From: the human T2T-CHM13v2.0 reference genome, Homo sapiens
Reading direction: 5' to 3' (one strand)
DNA length: 64,000 nucleotides
NCBI RefSeq assembly: GCF_009914755.1
Contig: NC_060927.1
Within the stretch, counting starts at the first letter, position 1; every line of letters begins with the position of its first letter. Position numbers and translations under genes: made by a program. Of this stretch, positions 43,110 to 56,045 are shown piece after piece. The notes beneath the pieces are model-generated. The model searched no databases and was not told where the DNA came from. It saw nothing but the letters and a program-made list of their open reading frames with translations.

Positions 43110-43340
43110 CCTGAATTTATCGTGGTTCTGAAAAAGTAAATTGAGAGGCTAACACAGCCCTCACTCCGGGTGCACCGGCCGCAGCGCATCCCCAGTCGGG
43201 CTGGATATTTAGTGCCGCTGTGCTGAGAAGGCCGAGGAGAGAGCCAGGGGAGGGATTACTGCTCGGTGCTGCCCATAAATCAACCGCAACACGTCACACA
43301 GCTCCACATCCCACAAATAAGGCTGGGCTGGAGAGGTGTC
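43110..43340. promoter_or_regulatory. Small non-repeat CpG cluster, putative promoter/enhancer
   Basis: 10 CpGs in ~130 bp (43166-43293) in otherwise CpG-depleted DNA; minus strand shows TGACGTG (CRE-like), TGCGGT (RUNX-like), TGATTTATGG (PBX-HOX) adjacent, and a CAG|GTACAA donor at 43111/43110. Confidence 0.55.
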
Positions 43341-45169
43341 ACCACTACACAAAAGGAAGGAGAGCCCTGGATGCCTTTGCCCACCTGGCCCTTCCCCTCC
43401 TGGGTGCTCATGAAGCAGGGAGGCACCTCAAGATTTTGCTGTCACTTTTCTCCCCTCACTGTCTCTTTCCTCCCTTCACCTGGGGAGAAGATTGGGCCCC
43501 AGGTATCCAGTGATTTTAACAAAGGCAGGCCACCACCGAGCCTTAATTCCAAAGTCCCTTCTCACTTGCTAGTTAACCACACAGCCCTTACCTTGTTGAC
43601 TGGGCTTCCTCCTGAACTGAAGACGGTAAATCAAGTGTCTCCTCCACCCCCAGGGTTCAGTGACTACCAAAGAAATATCTGAACAGCCCTACTCTCCCCT
43701 TCTGCCCAAGAATTTTCCTCAGAATATGAAAATCAGGGTTTTTAAAATATTATTTATAAAAACAAACTTGCCTTCCTTTTTAAAACTCACACCACCCTGT
43801 AGGAGGTGCTAGTCATAAACGTGCAGAGGCTGAGAACTGTTGGCCCCAAGGGCCAAAATGAAAAACAGCACCCTGGTGTCCCCCTGCGGAACCAGCCCTT
43901 CATGTTCTAAGACAGTCATCAACATGATTCCTGAAAACAATAGCGGCTTCTTGTTTAAAATGGAACTGCACCTGCTAGAATATCGTGTCAACAAACAATT
44001 GCTTTGTTTTTCATAATAGCCATCCGAGCCGAAGCAATGGGACTTCCTGAAGTGCATACTGGAAGGCTTATTCTTAGAAGGGGACAGAATTCTCATTTTA
44101 ACACAAGGCTCAGAGGGCCAGAGTGATGGTCATCTTCCTTCCTTCTTTTGTACTCCCCTGTGTTCATCTTATTTGGTTTTCAACAGGTTTATTTCCATTG
44201 CAACCCTCTGGCTTCCAATGCCCATAATGCCATATTAGGCAAATAACATTCATTTCTGCTTCCTCTCTGTTAATGACGAAGGCCTTTAATTGCTATTCCA
44301 CCATTTCAAACAGTTCTCAGAAGCTTCTTCCCTCCTCTGTTGAAAGAATTGGGATGAAGCCTGATGAAAATTCTTTGCCAAATGTTCAACCATTGCTAAA
44401 TCACTCTGCTCTTTCATTTTAGTCATCTAATTATGATGTCTGCTTCCAGTTTTTCTATTGCCCTTTGATGCTTATCTGTTGAACAAATTGTGACACCTTT
44501 AAAAGGGGTTATTTTGGTAAAATAAGGTGCTTGGTTCTGATTAAAAAGTGTTTTAAGTGATTCAGCCAAGGTTGTCTCCATGGGCTCAGGAAGTAACCAC
44601 AGCCAAAATACCCTAGTGAGGGCAGAATATGAGAGGCCGATAATACCTATTGTTACCTTCGTCAAGGTGCAGCCAGGCACCAGGCTCATGGGAGCAAGCA
44701 AAGGTCCAGGCCTCTGACACCGCAGATTCTAAAGCAGCCAGAGCTAGCGATAGGTACTCAACAAGGAACTGAGATCTAGTTTTTTTAAAGTATCTTTATT
44801 TTCTTTTCTGTAAAATAGGAGATAGAAGACTAAACACTAGGATTTTATGCTATTTTGAAAATGAAAACGTAGCATGAGAAATATTGCCTGATATAGGAAA
44901 AAGAGTGCAGGGCTTAAAGTCTAGATTCAAAGAGCTCTGCGGTCTTAAGAAAGTCACTTTACCTCTCTGAGCTTCACATTTCTAATCAATAAAGTGATGC
45001 TGTGAGGCCAGCTGCTCTCCAATTTCCCTTGCAGCTTAGAAAGCCTAAGATGTCTACTCTAGCTAAAAAATAAACCAACCTTATAAAGAATTTAAAACAG
45101 ATAAAAATTGTCTGGTATATCAGCTAGTGTTGGTGAATTTTCCTGTTAATTTGAAACTTTGCTCTATTT

Positions 45170-45350
45170 CACATTTCTTAACCTCTTAATTGAGAATTTA
45201 CATAACTTGTCAGCGTCTCACTATCCTAATCTATAGAATGGGCATATTAATAGCACCTGCCTCATTGAGTTGTTGTGAGGACCAAGTGCACTGCTACATG
45301 TCTTCAGAACAATGCTTGGCATGCAGAAAGTACTCCATAAATGTAAGCAA
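45170..45350 (+). mobile_element. MIR SINE
   Basis: atctatagaatgggcatattaatagcacctgcctcattgagttgttgtgaggacc...cagaacaatgcttggcatgcagaaagtactccataaatg. Confidence 0.8.
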
Positions 45351-45436
45351 CTAGTAGTCATAATAGTAGTAGCAGTTGTTGTAGAATAGCTCTTTGATTT
45401 GATTGTTTATAAATGTTTTCAAAAAATAAACAAGCT

Positions 45437-45784
<348 letters not shown>

Positions 45785-45892
45785 TCAATAAATAGGTGCC
45801 CAGAACATCTGTAGTGCTAGCTCTGCACTGTCACTCTCAGCCCTCACCATTACCTGCATCATTGACAGGAGAGGTAAGGCAAAACCCTATAA

Positions 45893-46354
<462 letters not shown>

Positions 46355-47489
46355 GCCAACAGAATCAGTTCATTTTTAAACGAAAGGAGTTAGACTAACA
46401 TCACTTCCAGCCATTGGACTCCATGTAGCTAAGACCCCACTTACTTTGGGTCACACGCTGCAAAGAGAATATTTTCAGAGTGAGCAAGAGCAGAAGGCTC
46501 TGTGCCTGATACTATTTGTGGTGCCCACTCAAATATATCTCATAAAACATCAACTTCCACCTATAGGCAAAGGTTATATCACCTATTCCTGAGACACTTT
46601 TGTCAGAATGCATAAGTTAGCTAATATCAGTGGGAGTTAATCTGATTAAATAACTTCTCTTTTATTGTGTGCCTGGCACTGTGTTGGCACCAGAGTTTCA
46701 AAGATAAGATAAAACTCTCATGAAACGAAGCCATACTCTTGAGAACTCTCAGATAGTATAATATAGTGGTTAAGTGCAGAGGCGCTGGGGTCAGACTGCC
46801 CAGGTCATGGTTGCTAGAAGGAGGAAAGACAGGTAATTCATTAAAAAAATAAAATAAATTCCACCTCACAATCTTTTCCCAACTCAGCTCTGCTTTCAGG
46901 TTGAGATTTACTGAAACGAAGATCAGATGAAAAGAGTAAGTCAGAACTTCTGTAAGCCAGAACACTTCTTTAGTATACATCTGTGACACAGAACTAGGAG
47001 AGAAATCGCACAAAGAAGGGATCATTGAGATTTGTCAAGTCACAATTCAGATTAGATGTGAAGCCCCTTACCTGGACTCTCCATTATCAGATGGTACAGT
47101 CAATGTCATCCTAATTAACTGTTTGCATTCTCAACACCTGCTCATTCTACATTGAACCTACGTAATCTGCATATAAACCCAATGACCATTGATGATTTGT
47201 GCAAACTGACAAAAATAATACTGAAAATGTATCATGGTTGCAGCAATCAAAACCTGCTCTTATTCATTTATTCTAGTTCAATGTGCTCTCTTACTAAATG
47301 ATAACACTTCACAATAATATGATTAAGTATTATCGAAGAATGATAATTTTCCAAAACTACAAAAGTTTCACTGAACAAGCAATTAATCAATTCTAGGAGT
47401 TCTATGATTTATATAAAAATAAAAAGCCAGTAATAACCCAAATTCTCATCCTATAAAAAATATAGATTAATGTTTGAAATATTTGTTGA

Positions 47490-47549
47490 GTCTATGGCCA
47501 TACCACTGTCTACAGCCGTACCATCCTGAACATGCCCAATCTCATCTGA
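47490..47549 (+). pseudogene. 5S rRNA 5'-fragment retropseudogene (tailless, doubled 5' end)
   Basis: 47508-47549 matches 5S nt 1-42 (GTCTACGGCCATACCACCCTGAACGCGCCCGATCTCGTCTGA) at 35/42, mostly CpG transitions; 47490-47506 is a second copy of nt 1-17 (16/17); TSD tgaaatatttgttga at 47475-47489 and 47547-47561. Confidence 0.92.
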
Positions 47550-47756
47550 AATATTTGTTGAACTATTTTTATCTGGAGGATTGTGGTTTACATTTTCTGG
47601 ATACACATATATGTAATTAGGATGATTTGGGGCCATTTATAAGTTCATAAAGTTTAATTCTCCTCTACTGACCCTACTTGGCCCTTAAAAAAAATCATCT
47701 AGGAACAAAAAAACAAAAACACCAATTTTTAGACAGATAAAATGCTGTCTCCTAAA

Positions 47757-47793
47757 ACACACACACACACATACACACACACACACACACACA
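47757..47793. repeat. (CA)n microsatellite with one TA interruption
   Basis: Read directly. Confidence 0.95.
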
Positions 47794-50700
47794 GAGACAC
47801 ACTGGTCTTCTTCTGATCTTTCCTTTAGTGTAACAAAAAAGTTATTCCTTAACATATTTCCCACCTCCTTTCTTCATGCCTTCTCATTGCTTTCCCAAGC
47901 TGCTCATTCCAACAATGCCTTTAACTCTGATGACTCTTATTAAACACGACTACTTAATTACCATCAATCTATTATGCTATGTACTTCACCCTCCACTGAC
48001 ACATCTGATCCCATTATGTGCCTGACCTTTAACGGTCATCAAATCAAAGTCATTCTGGTCAGTTCAGTCTGGGCCTGACACATGCCCAGGTCACAGAGAT
48101 GAAGGCGCAGGGGCCTAGCATACCACGTTACCCTGCCCTTCACTTAACACCTTTGTCAATAGAATTTCACAACTGGGAAACTGCCAGGTTTCTGCCTGGC
48201 TTGAATAAAATGCCCCTCCTTTTACAGAAAGCTGAAATAAATAATTACACACATGCTGACCAGCACTGGCTTTTATGTAATTGGTGCCTCTCTACCAGCA
48301 TGACACACTGCCTTCTTGGATGTTTGTGCTGAAAAATCTTTGCTTGGAAAGTGAGAATTTATTGTGCAGCCTTCTAGAATATACCCAGCACTCCACACTG
48401 GCTGAAAATCCCCTAAAGATATAAGAGAGATGGAAAGACAAGTTGAGGATGGCCACAGCAACACCACCAAGTGGGTGGCCGCCTTCCACTGAAAGGCCAG
48501 TCCACGGAAGCATTCTGGGTTCACAGACTTGTGTGCTACCCTCTGATGGGAACAGCTGTTCGGGCTGCTCTGTCTCAAAGCTGCATGCTGAAAAACACTC
48601 CCACTCAACCTAATGAGACAGCCATTTAGAAAAGAGGCTCTTCCTGGCTAGTAGGGCCTGGTCATTGTTATTCACCCACAGGCTTTCCCTGGTGGTGAAC
48701 ATGGAACTGTTTTCCCAGACCAAACATGGACCCTCCCTCGAGGTAGCCAGACACACTGTCTGGTGTGCACAAACATTTTGACTTCTGACTGGACAGCTAG
48801 ACCTGGCAGTGTCTTCCCCTTGCTTTACTTTACTAATGCGTGTGTATTTTTACCAGCCCCTCTGGGAAAACTGCCCTGCTTTATAGCAACTTGTCACTGA
48901 CAAGGAATTTCTCATCAAGATTGAAATCTCTGGCCATCCCCAAAGCTCCCAACCCTTCTGAGTTTCTGAGCTCAGGACAAGGAGATTTGTCCTTGGAAAA
49001 AAAAAAAAAAAGAAAGGAAGAAGGAAAAAGAAAAGAAAACTGGCTTTAGGAAGCAGTATTGTGGTTTTTTCATGGCTGTGATGAACGAAAACCCTCCCAT
49101 AGTGGCCCAAAGGCAATTACAAACATTTGGCATGTGACAAATTAATAGTGAGACTTATTTCTTAGAAGAACAATGATTTGCTTAGATTTTTTTAAATTTC
49201 TAGATTCTCTAGAAATTTTCCAATGGAATGTGTATTACCTTATTCTTTTTCTCCCACCTCCTCCAAAATATACCAATCTGAGATGATGAACTACATCACC
49301 TATTTAGCTCCCTCTTCTCACTCTCATTCCTGACAGGTTAAAGCTGTTTTCACAACAGTTTTCTCTTTTTGCCAGGCTCTTAAGCATTGCCTATTAGTAA
49401 TACATACCAAATTTACTTAAAAGTCTTAACATAGGGCCCATAAAGCAACACAACCCTCTAATAATTGTATCAGCCATCGGGCTGAAACAAGTTCAGTTCC
49501 CTGAAAAATAGGAAGTTTCACTGTGTAAGAAATAGAAACATAAATAATAAATCAGAAAAAAAGACTTCAATCCCATTATCATCTTTCATCTGAAAGACTG
49601 AAATTCACAGTCTTTCCACAAATCACTTCACTTGCTATCAAATGTCTTCCAAAAGACTCTAAATGTCTTCTAAATTGAAGTTAATTGTTAAGGAAGGATA
49701 CACTCAGGTGATCTATCATTAGGCCCAGTAAAAATATTTGGCAATGTGAGCTTCGTTTCCATCTGAGAATCTCAAGACAATTGACCAGCAATCAGAAATT
49801 ATTCCCACATTAGGAGAGATGATCGGAAGTACAGATCCTACAGTAAATACAAACCTCCCATTTCAGACCCAACTCAGATTTATTACCAAAAAAATTACCC
49901 ATCCAAAAACTAGCATGTTGAAAATACAGCATAAGCTATTATTTGGTATGTAACTTCTTATATTACAACCATTTACCACTTTTATTTCCAAAAACTCATT
50001 TTATTCAAAAGTTTCCTTATGTAAGTGATGGTTCTGAAGGCACAAAAATATCTCCAACATTTTCCTGAAATTTTTATTGGTTTAAAAGTGAGTACCAGAA
50101 AGAATTCAGATAAGCATGACATAGGACTGGTGTGTTTATAACAGCAGCTGTATCTGTTTGCATTTGTGGTGTAACTTATCCTCACCCTCCTAAACCTGAA
50201 GACCCATCTCTACTTTGATTGACAATTGTATATTAGAGGAATTCTCACGGTAATATGTACACTATGTAAATTTCTCTATGTCTGACTGGCATAAACAGAC
50301 TTTGCCCAATTAAAGAGTTAATAATCATTGAGCGGAGCTTGGGAGCAGAAGGTACCCTGTTGCTTTAAGATACATTTGCCCTCAAAGTAGTTAACAGGAA
50401 ATTTAATTCATAAAGTCTTAGGAAATGTCACATCTGTAACTATTCCTCTCTCTCTCTCTCACTCAACAAAAAGAGCCTCGACTGATCTCATTAGAACACT
50501 GAGATGAACTAGCCTGTGGTGAGTAGCTCAGAGGTTTGGTTTGCCCAGGGCCTGACCTCCACACCAGCCTTCCTCTCCCTCGTGATAGCAACAATTTCAA
50601 GTTTTAAAGGATTGAGCAGCCTAGCTTTTTTCCTTACATTTAAAACACACCTGGTTTCTAGGAACAGTCTTCAGTGTTTCATCCTTTACTTGATTATCTC

Positions 50701-52424
50701 AGAAATGTTGGAGGCCTTGAAGATCCTGGATGTCTTTTCTCTGCTCCTTGACAATTCCATGTGAATTTTAAGGTTTCTTTTCTCTTTTTTTTTTTCTCTT
50801 TCATCTTATCCCTGCTTCTCTTTTTCCCAAACTCTCAAATAAGTGGGGTTTTCCCTTTCTCAGTTCTTAATATGTCTCCATAAACATCTTACCCCAGTGA
50901 GTACACACACATGCACAAACACACATAACAATGCTATATGAGGGTTATGTGAATGTTCAATGTGTCACTAAAATTGCTGATGTTGGTCTGTATTTGTAAT
51001 ACCTTAAAGAAGGATCAATCAATTAATCATTTTAAGTTCTGCTTAAAACAAATTACAGCAGTCAAAAAAGTGATGCACAACCCCTTAAACAATGCTAATG
51101 TATTCTTGTGAAAGGATCCAATTGACAGTTTTACGAGACTGGAGTCTGGTGAAAGCAGGTGTACACGGCCCAGCAAAAATGGCACTATGTCGTGAGGTTT
51201 GAAGGGAGATGCGAAAGTCATTTTATGTGGTTGGCCTCTGCAGAGCCTCAGAGAAATGAGGCAGCAGCGAAAAGCCATCTGCTGCCAAGATACAAGCACA
51301 GCTATTATACTTCTCGCTATTCACATGATCATACCTGAAACTGATATGGAGTGACATTACCCAGCAGCTTAATTAATGCTTTTCTACACTGCATGAAATA
51401 CACATTGGCATCAGCCAAGCAAAGGAAAAATACTTAAGTGGATTCTTACATTGAATTACATATATGTTGTACTTTAATCAGAGATGAACATGTTACTTTT
51501 GAAATAAAATCTGAAATTGTTATTCCTTACACAAGGAAAAAAATCAGCATTGCAATCTAAATCTAAATTGGAATGTAATTTTGAATTTCTAGTAATAATG
51601 GATTCTAAGGGCAGCATTTGAAGCTAAACTCTTAGAAGCAAATAAAATAATTGATACTTCTTTTTTGGTCCACAATACCTTTTTATTTTTTGTTTTCTGC
51701 TCTATTTTAGACTAGCCTTTGTTCTTCTTAATTTTAACTTGTGAGATAAACTAATGGCCTTTACCATAAAGCACGTTTATAAACAAGGACAATTAGGAAA
51801 TCAGGAAAGAGGACAAGAATTAATTTACAGTTCTGTGAGCAAGTGGATAAAGCTGCGATTTACACCGCAGATTTGAGCAGTGCTGTGGTCAGATCACAGG
51901 TGACGTGGCGGGCCTCAAGCCTGCCTGTGCAAACATAAAGTCAGAGTCGGAGAACTTGAGATGCACCGACTATTTTGCAAGAGCTCAGGAAGCTGCTCTA
52001 CATACCAAAGAGCACCCCCAGAGAGAACTTCAACCCTTTAACCAGGGTCTCTACCAAGAATATTGTCACCTGCCACCTGTGAAACTTCGAGACAGACACC
52101 TCTCCATCTCTGAGCCAGGAATTCCCACTTCTTGGTGTTCAGCTCCAACTGCTGGTTTTACACCTGCTGCGGGGAAAGCCTCAAATATCTTAGCCACATT
52201 TGGAAGTAGTTCATTAAAGAGGTTCTAAATGCCTATTTTTAAAAATATTTTTAGAACACTCAAGAGTTTTATAGCACAGGAGAGGCCTATAAAAGAAAAG
52301 TACTTTGCTAACAGTATATGGAAGGAAATTTTTCAAATTAATTTTTAGTGCACATTGTTGCTTCTGAGAGTTTTTGTTTAATTTTTATAGTGTTAGAGGT
52401 TACACTCATCATTTTATTAAAAGA

Positions 52425-52830
52425 TTCAATTAGGTTTAACATTTATGGAGCACCTTTCCTTTGCAGGCTTCTTGGCTGAGGATTCAAGGATGAATTAGAA
52501 GTGACCCTATATAGGAAGCTCATGGTGTGGTGAGACACACACAGCTATCTCTATACATTGGCAAGGTACACACAAGACTCCAAAGCATCTCAGGGGACGG
52601 AACAATTCATTCCGCAGTGCAGTGGGAGTTCAGGGGCCAGGCTGAAAAGGCGGTCCAGCAATGTATCAAAGAAGTGATAACAAGTTCTCTGGGTCTTAAA
52701 GGATGATTCAGAGTTCTCAAGAAGGAGCTCAGGGGGAGGAGCATTCCCTGTCCATGCTAGAGATACAGCACTTGCAAAGGCCCAGAGACCAGGAAGCACA
52801 GGTGCTCTTGCAGATTAGAAAGTCAGCTAT
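52425..52830 (-). mobile_element. L2 LINE fragment
   Basis: aacatttatggagcacct..aggatgaattagaagtgaccct..ggaagctcatggtgtggtg...gggtcttaaaggatga..gcattccc..gcaaaggcccagag. Confidence 0.78.
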
Positions 52831-54413
52831 TGGGCCCTGAGGAGCAGAATTCAGAGTGGGGCAATTTGTGGCATTCATTTTTGGCCACTCCACTTTAGGA
52901 TAAACATCCTACACCAGGCAAACTTTGGCTTACTAGAGTACCTCTCAAGCAATATGCTGAAGCTAAGTAGATTTCTGTGGTGTTTGACTTCCCAAAGAAC
53001 TCAAAGCACTTAATCAATAAAGAACACCATCCCATCCCATCCCCTCCCCTCCCTCATCTCAGTGTCTTGCTGCTGCTTGAAATTTTTTTTTTTTTTTTGA
53101 ATCTCTAAAGATAGCCATTGGAGGAGGAGGAAAAGAAGGATATAAAAGTTATGGTATATTTATGATGTTTACATATAATAAATATATGCATTTTACATTT
53201 TTTAAATGTCTATAAATACAAGATTTATATATTTGCCGACATCATAATACCATGCAGACAATGTGGTTTTGTAATAGAACACAAGTGTGAAGTTTTATGA
53301 TGGACTTTTTTCTAGCCTCTGTGTATCTGTTGTAGTATATATACCCTTGTTTACAGAAAATGTCACATAATGAAATTTGAGGTCCTTCATAAATGTAGAG
53401 CCAGAGCAAATGCACCCCAGCCCCATGTGCCCACCCCCATCCAGTCCTTTCTAAATGTTTACTCAGTTAATACTAAATAGTAAACTAATAACAACTCTAC
53501 TCCCCAGCCGAGAGCTCCTGCTGTTGGAATAGGCATATTTTACTTAAATAAGTGTTCTTACGTATGAGATTGGAAGGCTACATGTGTAAGGGAACGTGCA
53601 TGTAGGTAATGCCTTTGTGGAAAGTCCACACCCCACCCCAAGATCTCTCTTGCTAAGATTCCAAGCTCACTGCCTCTGGAACTACTGAATGGTCAGGGAC
53701 AAGTGGGGAGGTTTGCTGTGGGTCACTCTACCTCCACCACTGCCACGAAGGCCCATTTCCTGGGCTTTGCTCCCTCTTCAGTTCACTGCCCAGAGTGGAG
53801 TTAACGGGGACACACTTCACCACCTCAACAACCACTGGTGGTCCATGCAGCACAGGCTGCCCAGCCATCCATCAAAGCGGAGCCTCCTGAGAACAGCAGA
53901 ATGCCAGTTTCCCCTGTCAACCCACCTCTCCCAGCCCTTCTGCGGAGCCCTGCCAAGGACTAGTCCCAGCCTGCTCCTCCATTGGCCATCTGAACAACTC
54001 CCAGCATGATGGGCAGATGGAAAGAGAGTGGCTTGTGACGCTCTCCACACAATGAAGAAAGAAACATGCCTTCTCTCCTCAACACACAGCAGCTCCCTGT
54101 CATGACCCCCTGCTGCCGTTACAAAGTCATTAGCATCTACTGTGCCCCTGGGGGTGAGGGAAAGCCAAACCCCGGAACAATATCATCTCTGCTAAAGACA
54201 CAAAACTTTTGCTTATGGCACAGGCACAGAGAATTCTGGATAAACAGGCTCAGGGTTTTCTGGCACCCAGTGAGTGGCTACCTCAGAAAGTCACCTTGGT
54301 TTGACAAGGGGCCCATGAGAAGGATGGAGTTTGGGGCATTTTTCTCTTAATCCTCACAAGTTATGGGGAGAAAGAGCTACTATTCTGGAAATTCTGCCCC
54401 CAAATTTATTCTT

Positions 54414-54884
54414 AAAAAAAAAAAAAAAAAAAGACAGAGTCACACTCTTGTTCCCCAGGCTGAAATACAGTGGTATGATCACAGCTCACTACAGCCTCAA
54501 ATTTCTGGGCTCAAGCAATCCTCTCACCTCAACCTCCTGAGCAGCTAAGACTACAGGTACACACCACCATGTCCAGCTTATTTTGTATTTTTATTTTTAT
54601 TTTTGTAGAGAAGGGGTCTCACCATGTTCTCTAGGCTGGTCTTAAATCCCTGGCTAGTGACATGGAACTACAAGGCTGTTTGTTTGTTTTTGTTGATGTT
54701 ATTTTGCTTTCATTTTTCCCATCTCAGGTAGAACAGCAGCATTTTGAATCTTTCTCTACCATGTACTCAGCACCAATTCCATGAGCTAAGTTCAGGGACC
54801 CTGTCTATACCACTACTTGGTTTGCATAAAAGTGCTGGGATCCCAAAGTGCTGGAATTACAGGCGTGAGCCACTCTGCCCAGCC
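54414..54884 (-). mobile_element. AluJ element interrupted by a 181-bp non-Alu insertion
   Basis: gacagagtcacactc..cacagctcactacagcctcaa..ctgggctcaagcaatcctc (J-like); resumes cccaaagtgctggaattacaggcgtgagcc; TSD ccaaatttattct/ccaaattcattct. Confidence 0.92.
54652..54832 (+). repeat. Direct repeat copy A of 55860-56045
   Basis: ggctagtgacatggaactacaaggctg...ttggtttg..taaaag present in both copies; 98-bp identical core. Confidence 0.95.
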
Positions 54885-55139
54885 CCAAATTCATTCTCAT
54901 GAGACTTTGCCCAGCCTGTAAGAGGGAAGCCTCCATCCCCATGTAGAGATAACCTGATAGCAATGCTGAGGGAAGCATATTGATGTCCTCCTCCATCAGC
55001 TATCCAGATCAGGCTGCAGGCAGCTCTGCAGTGGTGGAGCACAAGGAGACTGCAGAAGGATCCCTAGCCTTGGGATCAGTGCCCTGGCTTCAAAGCCCAG
55101 CCTTGCCTCTTTTAAATTGCTTTCATATGTATCTGCAGC

Positions 55140-55860
55140 TAGTGTTTCCCAAACTTCACTCATCCCAGTACTTCCTTTGCAAATATCTGTGCATCACCTG
55201 GGCAATAGCTACTTCATGATTTCCTTCAAGCACTCACTTTTGTCCCCTAAATTCATTCTAAAAGAACAGTTCAAATGGAAAGTCAGTATCTTTTGCTATA
55301 ATAGAGGGAATCATAAAAAGAGAGAAGACAAAACAATATTAATAAATTCTAGCTAAATTCTGTTATCTGATGAAGCTTCTGTCTTTCTGTTGACTAGAGA
55401 AAATAGCAAATTTTTTTTATTTTACTTTATTATTATTATACTTTAAGTTTTAGGGTACATGTGCACAATGTGCAGGTTAGTTACATATGTATACATGTGC
55501 CATGCTGGTGTGCTGCACCCATTAACTCGTCATTTAGCATTAGGTATATCTCCTAAAGCTATCCCTCCCCCCTCCCCCCACCCCACAACTGTCCCCAGAG
55601 TGTGATGTTCCCCTTCCTGTGTCCGTGTGTTCTCATTGTTCAATTCCCACCTATGAGTGAGAATATGCAGTGTTTGGTTTTTTGTTCTTGCGATAGTTTA
55701 CCGAGAATGATGATTTTACATTTGCACTTATTAGAAGGACTAAAAGAGAGCTTGAAACTAAATAACTCACTTCTTGGTTCAAGGCTGTTGAGTACTCAGG
55801 CTATGAGCCACCCAAATTACCCCCATTCTAGTCTACACCCTACAGTTTAGGAAACCCCAG
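55140..55860. mobile_element. Probable old hAT-Charlie-like element split by the L1
   Basis: Termini resembling Charlie TIRs: tagtgtttcccaaact ... cagtttaggaaaccccag; internal family not identified. Confidence 0.45.
55410..55716 (-). mobile_element. 5'-truncated L1PA3-type LINE-1 3' end
   Basis: tattatactttaagttttagggtacatgtgcacaatgtgcaggttagttac...cccattaactcgtcatttagcattaggtatatctcctaaagctatccc; GAG rather than the L1HS ACA diagnostic; low divergence. Confidence 0.95.
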
Positions 55861-56045
55861 GCTAGTGACATGGAACTACAAGGCTGAGTTTGTCTGCTCT
55901 TGTTGATGTTATTTTGCTTTCATTTTTCCCATCTCAGGTAGAACAGCAGCATTTTGAATCTTTCTCTACCATGTACTCAGCACCAATTCCATGAGCTGCT
56001 AAGTTTAGGGACTCTGTCTACACCAGCACTTGGTTTGTGTAAAAG
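55860..56045 (+). repeat. Direct repeat copy B (probable donor) of 54652-54832
   Basis: Same sequence, but not embedded in an Alu. Confidence 0.95.
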
